64,000 nucleotides of DNA. It comes from Camelus ferus. Its lineage: Eukaryota. Below are positions 22,473 through 32,750 of this stretch, in pieces (the first letter of the stretch is position 1; every line of letters starts with the position of its first letter). The position numbers were made by a program, and so were the translations under genes. The notes beneath the pieces are model-generated. The model was not told the origin of the DNA, did not search any database, and saw only the letters and a list, made by a program, of their open reading frames with translations. Location of the stretch: positions 12,402,001 through 12,466,000 of the forward strand of contig NC_045698.1 of NCBI RefSeq assembly GCF_009834535.1, read 5' to 3'.

Positions 22473-23364
22473 AGGGTTTTCTTGCTTTCCCCAATAGAAT
22501 ATTGTTGTCTTTCTAGAACCTGTTCACCCATCTTGGTGGTTTAAACCCACAAGTGAGTCCAATGAAGGGTTTCTCATGTAGAAGGACAAGCTGGAGAAAG
22601 AGACATCACACATTTCTATGAACTCAGCTCCCACGTGAAAAGCATTTTGGAATGTGATGCTTTGTACAACCTTTGTGGCTGTGGCTAGTGATGTGTGTGG
22701 AGAAATCAAAGGGCTTAAAAAAGCCTGTGTCTGTAGTGTGAAAAACTCTGCCACACACAGCAACAATTCTCTCTCTCTCTCTGTTTGTAAGGACTGACAG
22801 ATGGGTTCATGTGTCCATGTGTGGGGTGCACAGAAGACACAGACTACCAGTGTTGTCTGGCGCTCCCCTCCCCCACTGACAGTATTTCTCTCCCATCTCA
22901 TGCGTGACTGGCAGGGCACCTGGGGGCTGTAATAAATCTCCACCAGATCTTTCCACTTCTCTTTAGACTCCAAATCCTCCCCAACTCCTTTTCCGGGAAA
23001 CTCCTTTGGCACAGTGATTCAAGATGGGTAAAAGGGCAGGAACAGTGTGTGTGTGTGTGTTGGGGGGGGAGGTGAATTAGGGGTGGTGACTGGGAGTGGC
23101 CTCTACTCCTCTTTCAGTTGGAAACTGCACCTGAAACCGGAGCCAGCTGGTGCTTGTCATATCTCTGCAGCAGGGAGAGTTACTGTTACAGCCCAGAGGA
23201 CAAGGGAAATAATGGAAAAAAGAAAACCTTGATGTGAACACCACATAAATCAGGAAACGAGGGTCCTGATTATCTGGCTACATCTAATTACGTCCCTTTT
23301 CTGAGACAGTCATGATGCTTAATTCTGGAAGCCATTTAGATGACCCAGGCAAACAGCTAAAAGG

Positions 23365-23553
23365 CAGCACTGTCCAGTGGGACGTTCCGTGCGGATGGAA
23401 ATATTGTATATCTGCGCTGTTCCAATGAGAGTCAGGTGGCAAACGAGTGCTTGAATGTGGCTAGTGTGATGGAAGAACAGAATGTCTAATTTGAATTAAT
23501 TTACATGTGAATAGCCACATGTGGCTGCTGGCTGTCACGCTGGGACAGTACAG
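23365..23553. mobile_element. MER3-like hAT-Charlie MITE (copy 1)
   Basis: CAGCACTGTCCA...GATGGAAATATT.TATATCTGCGCTGT...AATGTGGCTAGTGTGA...AATAGCCACATGTGGCT...GGACAGTACAG. Confidence 0.85.
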
Positions 23554-23561
23554 GTCTAGTG

Positions 23562-23774
23562 CAGAGTTGTGCAGGAGAACTTTATGCAGTGATGGAAACG
23601 TTGTGACCTCCTCTCTCCCACGTGGTAGCCACCGGCCATGTGCGACTATTGAGCACTTAAAATGTGGCTACTATGACCGAGGAACTGAATTTTCAGTTTC
23701 ATTTGTTTTTAATGAATTTAGATTTAAGTCTGGAAAGCAACGCAAGACCACTGGTCACCACAGTGGCAGCACAG
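23562..23774. mobile_element. MER3-like hAT-Charlie MITE (copy 2)
   Basis: AGAACTTTATGCAGTGATGGAAACGTT...GGTAGCCACCGGCCATGTG..CTATTGAGCACTTAAAATGTGGCTA..GACCGAGGAACTGAATTTT. Confidence 0.85.
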
Positions 23775-24050
23775 TGCGAAGGCGTTGGTTTACCACGCAG
23801 CGCGCTCTGCTGCTCTCAGGTTTGCTTTTTCCTTCTTTGTGATGACACGCGCCACTCCTGTCTTGCCTGAAGAACAACTACCCTCAAATCACTCAGGTTT
23901 CCCATCACCTTCCTCCTTCCTTAGTCACCAGCCTGTTTCCGGAGTCCATTAGAAAGTCCAGTGCAAGGCGAGTCAGGATCTACTTTCTACCTGCGAATGC
24001 TCTCTCTGTGGACACTTGGATCAAATCTAATCCCCTAAGCGGCTGCACAC

Positions 24051-24097
24051 GGGGCCAGTCTCCTGTCTGCCCATGGGGCCAGTCTCCTGTCTGCCCA
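24051..24097. repeat. 24-bp-period tandem duplication
   Basis: GGGGCCAGTCTCCTGTCTGCCCA-T-GGGGCCAGTCTCCTGTCTGCCCA (perfect 23-mer twice). Confidence 0.95.
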
Positions 24098-24459
24098 GAG
24101 GATTTATTTCTGAGAACACAGCTAAGCTTATTTTCTGAATTCATAATTCTCCAGGCTCCTGCCTCCTCTCATTGTTTGTTTTAGCCAGTTGTTTTCCTTT
24201 CAAAGTTTTATTCCACTGTCTTACCCTTTCTTATGCTTCAGAGTCCATACAACATTTAACTGTGTTCATACAATATGGAGGAGCGATCGGCTTCCATGGG
24301 ATTCCTTTTCTGTTCGTGACATTGATTACCATCCCCGGAAATATCACCTGCCAGGAGAGATGGAGTCACCCTGAAACTCCACATCATTCCTGGCTTCACC
24401 TGTCCCCAGCAGTGACACTGTTCCAAATCATAAGAAAAAGAAAACAGCAGGAGACGCCA

Positions 24460-24638
24460 CTGATCACCTTCTAGCCTCGATGCTTCATTTCACAGTTGAG
24501 AAAACAGGAGCCTAAAGAGTGAAAATGACCTACCTGAGGTCAACAGGTGTTGGCAGAGCCAGGACTGGAACCAGGTCTCCTGACTTACAGTCAAGTGCTT
24601 TTTTTTTTTTTTTTTAAATCACATCACACTGCCTCCCC
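24460..24638 (-). mobile_element. MIR SINE
   Basis: CATTTCACAGTTGAGAAAACAG...CCTGAGGTCA...GGCAGAGCCAGGACTGGAACCAGGTCTCCTGACT. Confidence 0.85.
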
Positions 24639-24992
24639 AGAGGTACCGAACTCCAGAAGAATAAGGTTTACATGAAGCATTGTACAGCTGCAAGACAGTG
24701 TAATAACGCCACTAAAAGGGCTATTTAATTTCAGGAGGTCAGACTTCTAAAGTTCTCCTCCCATTGTGTGTCACTCCTTCAGGGCTGCAAGGGCGGCCTC
24801 TATTCAGCCTGTTTTGAAAGTGCCACCAGCGTGGCCACGCTTAGTCATGGGTGCATCATCTGAGTCTGTTCGAGGACTTCAATAGCAGGTTATTTGACCT
24901 CGTGGCCCAAGAACTCTCAAGTATGTACTACCTAGTCCTTTATAGCAAGTGTTTGCAGACTGCTGACGTAAATTAAAAGGTGGTAATAAGGC

Positions 24993-25948
24993 GTGTTTGC
25001 CTCTTATTGGCTGCCATTGCAATTGATCTGACTCAGTGGCTTGAAACACCACCAGTGATTGTCTTTCAGTTCTGGAAGACAGGAGTTAAGGTGTCAGAGG
25101 GCGGTGTTACCTGTGGCATCTCTAGGGGGGGTCTGTTCCCTTGCCCTTTCCAGCTTCTTGAGGCCCCTGAAGTCCTGGCTTATGGTCAAAGACAGCAGGG
25201 CAACATTTTCAAGTCTCTCTCCCTCTCTGTTTCTCTTGTCATACCTCCTTCTCTGTTCCTGGCCCTCCTGCCTTGCTCTTTCTCTTATAGAGACATCTGT
25301 GATTATGTTGGGCTCATCCCGACAATCCAGGATAACCTCCTGTTGACTGAAGAAGAACGCACAACCTAACACTGAGAATTATGTTTCATTCGGGGAACTT
25401 AGTGTGGACTGTAGCCCTGGAGACAGCCTCTCAAAGAGCTCTGAGGAGATAAGGGAGGAGCCAGGATATATAAGAGTTTTTGCTGAAAAAACAAAACAAA
25501 ACAAAACAAAACGAAACAAAACAAAACATGTAGTTGAACATCAAAAGATTACTGCTAATCATAAAACCCAGATACCTAAGGTTAATGATTTTAGTGCTTT
25601 TCTATGTATGGGAAGAAGTAAGAGTCTGGGATCAGTTAAATTATTCTTTAGATATACATCTTAACTGCCTACGGTCAGTGTCCTGTTTCTCTGCGTCCTG
25701 AATCCCCCTCAGGGTACACCGGTGGGGTGGCCGTAGTGGCTGATGGTTTGATGGTGGGCAACATTCTTCGTTTCCTGGAATGGCCGGCAACATTTCTGTC
25801 CACACTCTCATCTCAAGGTTAGTCTATTACCACCTTGGTTTGATCATCCTTATTTTGATTTCCCTTTGCCATGTAATATAACACATTCATAGGTTCTGCT
25901 GATTAGGAGATAGACATCTTTAACGTGGTCAAAGTTCTTCTCATGACA
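24993..25948 (-). mobile_element. MaLR LTR, MLT1D-like, interrupted by a younger LTR
   Basis: AGTGGCTTGAAACA...CAGTTCTGGA...CCTTGCCCTTTCCAGCTTCT.GAGG...ATCCAGGATAACCTCC | CTCTCATCTCAAG...CCCTTTGCCATGTAA.TAACACATTCATAGGTTC. Confidence 0.85.
25341..25804 (-). mobile_element. ERV1-type solo LTR nested in MLT1D
   Basis: TG...CA termini; near-TSD CTCC (25337-25340) / CTCT (25805-25808); TATATA near 25467; internal (AAAAC)n at about 25487-25527. Confidence 0.85.
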
Positions 25949-26054
25949 TGAAGACCAGCGTGGCACTGAGCCTCCCAGAGGGACCTGGCTTTATGATGAG
26001 TGCTGCAGGGACGGCAGGGCCGTCAGTGCTTGTGCTGTCATGCATTTACTTTAT

Positions 26055-26202
26055 GTCCTTGAACAGGCCAGTTAAGTCTCAGCTTAGCTGCCTCATTATT
26101 ACAGTGGGGATAATAATAGCTAATTCATACAGTTGTTTGATGATTAAATACTTTAGGTAACATTCCTTGGACGTGTCTTGGCATGTAACACTACTCAGTA
26201 AA
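26055..26202 (+). mobile_element. MIR SINE fragment
   Basis: CCTTGAACAGG...CCTCAT...GGGGATAATAATAG...GTTGT..GATTAAAT...TGGCATGTAA..CTCAGTAAA. Confidence 0.7.
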
Positions 26203-27160
26203 AGTCACTTCCCTGTCTGCTGTGGGCTGTGTGGTCGCTCTTGTGTGTTGGGTCCTTTGGCAAAGACGTTGACGGGAACTACGTGGCCTGCCTTCCTTCC
26301 TCTTCTGTGGAGAAGGCAGACCCTTGATCCCTCTACATTTTCATCCCCAGTAGCAGCATGTATCAAGTTGTAGGATGCTAGATTATTATTATTATAGAAC
26401 CCTCCACTCCCTCACTCTTTAAAATAATAATCCACGGAACACTGTTTGACAGGTTGTATAAACACATCGTCTAGCTTTGTGCTGAGGCTTTACAAATGTT
26501 CACGTGGCCGTCCAAGCGGCCGCTTGGACGGAATGGCATCAGAATCTCCAGCTGCAGGGGGCCTGCCCCATCCTGCTTTGTCTTTCTGGAGCCAAGCGCT
26601 GAGCCTCCTCGTCTCATCCAGTCCGCTCAGGGCCAGCTGCGTCAGGGGAGAGCATGTTGTGAAGGAACTGAGCTAAGGTCTTTCTTTACACTTTCTTTCC
26701 AAAGTGGATTTTCCTCATGGTTAAGGGTCTAGGTACAGAGACACACCTGTATTTAATCTTTGTGACTGAATCTTAGGCACACTAATCAGTAGGTTCAGAG
26801 AAAAAAATGGATAAATTTTTTCCATGTAGTAGGTGAATTCCAGAAAAAAACCCCAAGTTTAACCATTTTCAACATTGTCTCATTATCAGGATTCCAAATA
26901 GCAGGCCACCCTCCCTATGCACACCATCTGAAACAAGACTTGCTTCCCTGGAACTGGCTGTGCTGGAAAGGAGGCTCCATTTGAGTGAAGTCAGCCTGGT
27001 CTGGAGAGCAGTTGAATGGCTCTGCCTCTGGGTGAAGCCTACATTGTTGAAGCTGAGAGGAGAGAGTACCTTTGTTCCTTTAAAGTCAATACAGATACCA
27101 AACCCTGGACCTTAAGTTCATGAAGAAGAAGGAAAGAAATTCCTAAGCTGCTGGGGATAC

Positions 27161-27382
27161 TAGCCACTATTTATTGATTACTTTCAGTGTACCAAGCATT
27201 ATTCTAGTGCTCTGTGATGATTAACTCATGTAATCCTCCCCATAGTCCTAAGAAGCAGGTGCTACTACTATTAATCCTATCTGACAGATGAGAAGGTAAT
27301 ATTGTTCCCATCAGGCAGAGAGAGGTCAAGTAACTTGCCCAAGGATGCACAGCTAGGAGGAGATAGAGTTTTCCAAGCCAGG
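27161..27382 (-). mobile_element. MIR SINE
   Basis: ATTAACTCATGTAATCCTC...ACAGATGAG...AGAGAGGTCAAGTAACTTGCCCAAGG..CACAGCTAG. Confidence 0.85.
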
Positions 27383-28428
27383 TAAGGAGTCCCTGCAGGC
27401 CCTGAAGACAATTCGAGCCTTCTCCCTTCTTTATCTCCTCCCTAAGGCCGGGCAGTTCTAGAAGAGTAAGGCAGTCTTGCCAATAGAAAGAATAGAAGAA
27501 ACAGGGAATGAGGACTAGTTGGGTTAGATCCAGAATTTTCTAGCATGTTTATGAGTGAAAACCATAACACCAAAGTTAACTCTATTATTTTCATTTCTTC
27601 CAGATTTCCCTCTTCTCTTTGTTATCATTCTTCAGGATAAGGTTCTCTTTGTTATTATTTGAAAGTTGTGGCGTGGGCAAGTCTCTCTTTCTCGGCATTC
27701 TTCCCTTGAACAATGGGACCCTGCCAGCCTTTTCATCCTGCTCCCTCCTTATCTTTCTTACAGAAATTTAAATGCCATATTAGCCACCGGCCTCATGTTT
27801 GGTCAGTGCTTTTAAGAAGTAACAGGAAAGCAAAATACAACTCAGTTCAAACATCCACTCTCTTGGCTTTATTCCCCAGGATCTGCCATATGTGTATAGA
27901 TGGTGCATCTTCCTAGAAGCACATTTTACCTCGGAGCTGCAGAGCGCCTACAAATGCTAGGGCAGAATCCAAAGAAGGGTGCTCTATGTACCTGTGGATC
28001 ATCCAAAGTACAAAACAGTATGTCCATTGTCCTGAGAGGGGTGAGTCTGCAGCCTTCAGAGGCAAGGAGAGCGTGCTGATTTGACTTAAATGCATTTTTT
28101 AAGCTCAGCTGTGGAACACATTTTGATTTACAGAGGCATTTATGAAGCTGGATGATGGGTTTCCACAATTTGTTTAACAGCGTTCTGCAGATTATTGCAA
28201 AAAGGATTCAGGGAGTAGAGAGCGATATAATGTATCCCAGAACATTGGTTAAAAAAAAAAATGTGGAGTTATGTGTGAGAAGCACAGAAGGAACTTAAAA
28301 GAAATTCAAGGAAGTTAAGAACATTAACTAGGCTAATAAAAAGGATATTAGCAGTGAGCCCATTTGATGGGTAAATAGGCAGACTAGAATGAGAGCCCTA
28401 ATTGCTGCTGAATCCCTTGGGGAGTGGT

Positions 28429-28985
28429 TCTTTCAACATTTAAAAAACATTTATTGAGCACCTTCTGAATACCTTCAGGGGTCTAAATCCTGGTGATACA
28501 ATAACAAACAAAGCAGTCATCTCCCTAACAACTTTACATTTTAATGCAGAAACTAATCAAAAAAATTCAATAAATATACAATACGTAAGGTGGTGATGTG
28601 TGCAGAGTAAGGAAATGAGAGTGGAGAGGAAGAATTCTATTTGATATAGAATCATAGAAGAAGGCCTGCCTGATAAGGTGACATTTGAGTTGAGATCAGA
28701 AGAGAGCAAGGAAATCAGTTGTGCAGATATCTGCGGCAGTGAGCATTCCAGACAGAAGGAATGGCAGGTACAAAGGCCCTGAGGTAGGAGTGTACTTGGA
28801 GGTGTCAAAGACAAGCAAGGAAGCCAGGAAGAGAGTGGAGGAAGATGATGTGGAGCTAAGTGGAGATTGTATAGAGCCTTGTAAGCCATCTAAGGATTCT
28901 GGTTTTAGAACAGAAGACTGGCATGACCTGGCTTAGATTTTAGAAGGATCACTTTTGCTCCACGTGGAGGCAGACTTTGCAGAGC
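28429..28985 (-). mobile_element. L2 LINE 3' region
   Basis: AACATTTATTGAGCACCT...GGTGACATTTGAG...GAGCATTCCAGACAGAAGGAA..CAAAGGCCCTGAGGTAGGA...TTTTAGAAGGATCACT. Confidence 0.9.
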
Positions 28986-29559
28986 GAAAGACCACATAAC
29001 TATGAAAACTTTCTTCCAGGTCTGCAAAATATCAGTAAGAGTAACTGTTCTCAAATATTTTAATGGAAGACTCTATTCAGATAAAAGAAACAAAGTGTTT
29101 GGCATGATCTTTAAATGACTCAAGGGGAGGGGGGAAGTATTGGGCAAATATAAACAACCTGGCATTCAAGAGGTGAAGCTGAAGTATGTTTTCAGTCTAG
29201 CGTCTGCAGTAGCCAAGTCATCACAGCACAGTCAAAGCCAGCTGGGACCACGGAAGATGACTCCACATCCTGTTGATGCTCTGCTTGGCACAACGTGGAT
29301 GGAAGCCAATGAGGACGGGAGGGATGGAGGCCCATGGCTGCTGCCAACAACCTTTGTTTAAAGCTATTGGAAACTCCTGATTCAGTTCAGCTCTTTTCTG
29401 CAGCTAGCAAGGGGGGAGGACATAGAGGGAAGAGGCCGAGGTTGCCATGATATGTGTTATGGGGGCCTCCAATGTCTCTCTGGAGCCATTAGTGAGCCTT
29501 TTCCAATTCTTCTTTAAACTGCGAGGTCTTTTCGCTGGTGATGCTCGCTAGCCGCCCTC

Positions 29560-29712
29560 GTTCAGCATGTACCACGTGCCAGGCACTGTGCTGATTCACC
29601 GTATTCATTGTCTGATTAATTTGCTTTCACAACAGCTCGATGTGGAAGGTACTATTATTACCGCCTACATTTTTCAGAACTGGGATCTGAAGCTTAGAGA
29701 CTTTCGTAAGAG
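29560..29712 (-). mobile_element. MIR SINE fragment
   Basis: TACCACGTGCCAGGCACTGTGCT...TCACAACA...AGGTACTATTATT...CTGAAGCTTAGAGA. Confidence 0.75.
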
Positions 29713-30313
29713 CTGGGATGCAAAACCAGATGATCAGAATCCTGTCTGTACAGTGAAACAATAACACAGTCTCAGCGTTACTTGCCAATGTCTCATGTGA
29801 GGAATGGCCTAAATGATGGCTAAGTTTATTCTTAATTAGTTTCTCTTTTATAGCTGTTGGCATGGTTTTGCAATACCATGAGGTCTGCTTACTCCCAGTG
29901 CAGGCAATAAATAACAAGGTATTAGACTGATGTGAGAAAATGCTTATTGCCATGAGGCAAGCCCTACTTTTAGCAAACCTAGTAACGTGAAACAATAAAC
30001 TCACAGAACAGGCTCTAGAAGGGCTTGCTTTGGCCATAAACGCTCTCGTTTCTCTGCCAAAGGATTTTCCAGAGTGTTCCTTTAAATAGTGGGCTCAATA
30101 ATGCACCGAGTGTACAACCGACATTTGTCCAAGGGAACAGGGGTTCTGACACATGTAACCACATGACTATCACTGTGAAGACAGACAGACCATGGTTGTT
30201 GGCGAAATGGTTCATCTGGGGTGAAAAGCCAAGAAGTCTGGTGCTCACAATCAAGCGTCACAATTTCAAAGTGAAAGTTTCCTATTAAACTGTTTTACAA
30301 GTTGGTAGCTTTT

Positions 30314-30470
30314 TTTTTTTTTTAATTGAAATACAGTCTATTTACAATGTATTAATTTCTGGTATACAGTGTAGTGATTCAATTATCCATATATATTCTT
30401 CTTCATATGCTTTATCATTTATATAATATCACTTGTATGTGGAATCTAAAAAATGCCACAAATGAACTTA
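30314..30470 (-). mobile_element. Young truncated L1 with 5' inversion and 20-bp TSD
   Basis: The minus-strand L1 3' end (T-run, AATTGAAATACAGT...) is joined at about 30420 to a plus-strand L1 piece (TATCACTTGTATGTGGAATCTAAAAAA..AAATGAACTTA). TTTACAAGTTGGTAGCTTTT occurs at 30294-30313 and 30471-30490. Confidence 0.92.
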
Positions 30471-30602
30471 TTTACAAGTTGGTAGCTTTTAACTATGACT
30501 GAAAGGTGTGCTTGCTACACACTAGCAGAGAAGCTCTGTGCATACACCATCAGGTTTTTTAATTTTTGTTTCTTTGTTTTGTTTCGTTTGTTTGGTGGAG
30601 AT

Positions 30603-30668
30603 CCTTCCTTCATCCCTCCCTCCCTCCCTTCCTTCCTTCCTTCTTTCCTTCCTTTTTTTTTTTTTTTT
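30603..30668. repeat. (CCTT/CCCT)n plus poly-T simple repeat
   Basis: CCTTCCTTCATCCCTCCCTCCCTCCCTTCCTTCCTTCC...TTTTTT. Confidence 0.9.
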
Positions 30669-31319
30669 CACCACCAGATTTTAAATCAATATTACTTTCA
30701 TAACATGGGGACTTTTTCTCTGGTCTTGCTGTTCATAAAAATGCCTAGGTATTCTGATGGGAAATACTCTGTAGATAATAAAGTATTAATAACTGGCTGA
30801 AGAAAGGAAGAGATAGAAATGGAAGGATGTCTTTTTGTTCTTTTATCCCAGCTACACAGTTCAATCCGTCCATACTTGGGGGCCTAGGCACAGATGAGTG
30901 ATAGAAACAGGAGTAGGTGAAGGCAGTGAGCTACGCCGCCTCTCTAAAAAGTAGGGCAGTGGAGTAAACCCCACCCTGGCCCTGGGTTCCGTGCCAACCC
31001 ACGAGGGCTGCACAAGGTAGGAAGAAGTCTCTGGGGCTGTCCGACAAAAAGGGGACGCACTTTCAGTGTTCACAGCCAAAGGCTGTTATCGAGAACTGTG
31101 GGATTAGCAAACTCACCCTCCCGCCCTAAAGCTGAAGGTAGTGGATGGAGAGGTGAGTTTGGTGGATGGTTTAGAACCTCATTTCTGGAGGACTATCAAA
31201 CGTACCTCAATTTAATTCTGAACAGAGACTGATAGTCCACATTCAGATAAAGCAAGCTCTATATATGGTCTGAAGTGGTTTCCATCCTACACCAAACTTG
31301 AATCTCTCCACCCAGGCCC

Positions 31320-31480
31320 CGTTGGTTACCAAGGATCTGATATTGGCTTCCTGATCTATATAATGGGCCCTGTGTTCACATTTCCCTTCCGGGTCACTTC
31401 CACACTTCAATCACTCGCTCGGTATTTTTCCTTAATGGAAAACGAAACACTTTCCAGAGGGTTTTCCCCCTTAGGTAACT
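31320..31480. promoter_or_regulatory. Candidate promoter/enhancer (TATA-like, ETS, IRF, NF-kB motifs)
   Basis: TATATAA 31357-31363; CTTCCGG 31386-31392; CACTTCC 31395-31401; GAAAACGAAAC 31438-31448; GGGGTTTTCC 31459-31468. The sequence is non-repetitive; the evidence is motifs only. Confidence 0.35.
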
Positions 31481-32724
31481 GTGAACTCCTTTTCTTCCCC
31501 TTTCTTGTAATTTGTTTTCTAATTGTTGATTTTTTAATGTTTATAAGCATTTTCACAAATATTTTAAAGGATTATTTAAAGTAAAACCAGTAAATTTTTC
31601 CCCCTTGATGTTCAAAAAAAAAAGGAACAAGAAAATCACTTTTCCCCTGTACTTAGTTTATGGTTTGGGCAAACCTTTTTTACCTTTTTAGTTGAATTAG
31701 CAAAACAACTGGATGCATGAAGGATTATAGGAATGATGATGATAAAGAATTTTAAACATCTCTTAAAGCTTCAGCAACTCAAAGTAGTTCCAGTGTATCT
31801 TACCTACATGGATGCAACACTTCAGTAGTACAAATTGGTACTTGTCACTTAATAATTTTAGGGAAAAAAATTTCATTTTAATGACATCTCTCCAGGGAAA
31901 CAGTAATAACCTGTGCTAAATAACCATGTATTCAAAGACATGCTAATACTAACTTTGTTGAAAAGAGCTATGTATGCTGATTGACTTAAAAGTGAGAGAG
32001 CGTTTAGCCCCCTCTGGGAAGTTTGTGTTTTGGGTACAGAAGTCTTTCCTTGGTCTGTAAACTGACACATTGGTTGTGGATTTTTTTTTTAATTAAATTT
32101 TTTGTAATTAAAGACGAAGAAAAATTCAAGCAATCAGCATTCCCTAAAATGTAGATCTGCCGGCAGAAGTGACTGTGGCCCCACTGCGCCTTGTGTTTAC
32201 TTCCCTTCCCTTTGGTCGATGTGACTTGTTGCTTGTGGGATGAGTTTTTTCCTGCATGTTGTATTTCAGCTCTGGAAGCCTAAGCGCCATTGATTAAGTT
32301 GGGTGAGTTCATGCAAACCGCAATGCTGAAGCAGAACCATCCACACAGTTTAGCAGCTACCGTGGATATACGGGGCAGCAGAGTTAACGCACCATGAAGG
32401 CACCTCCAACAGTTTCCAATCATTTACATACGCTCTTTCCTGAACAGAGTTTACATTATGATTCCTCTATTCATAAATCAAATGGTCCATTTAAAAGAGA
32501 TTCTATTCAGGAAAATTTATTTAAAGCTTTGTTTGCCAGTGTTTTTACTTAAGCTAGTTCCTAAAACCTGTAATAAATAAAATGGGTGATTTTCAAGGAA
32601 ACTGCTTAACCCATCAGTATATGCAAAGCATCTTGTGCAGAAGTGAGATCCCTCCTGAAAGAGATTTTCAGAAATTCACTTCTATTTTGGAACAAAAGCT
32701 TAAGTTATGAGGCATTATAACATC

Positions 32725-32750
32725 GTGTGTGTGTGTGTGTGTGTGTGTGT
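32725..32750. repeat. (GT)n microsatellite
   Basis: About 13 GT units. Confidence 0.95.
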
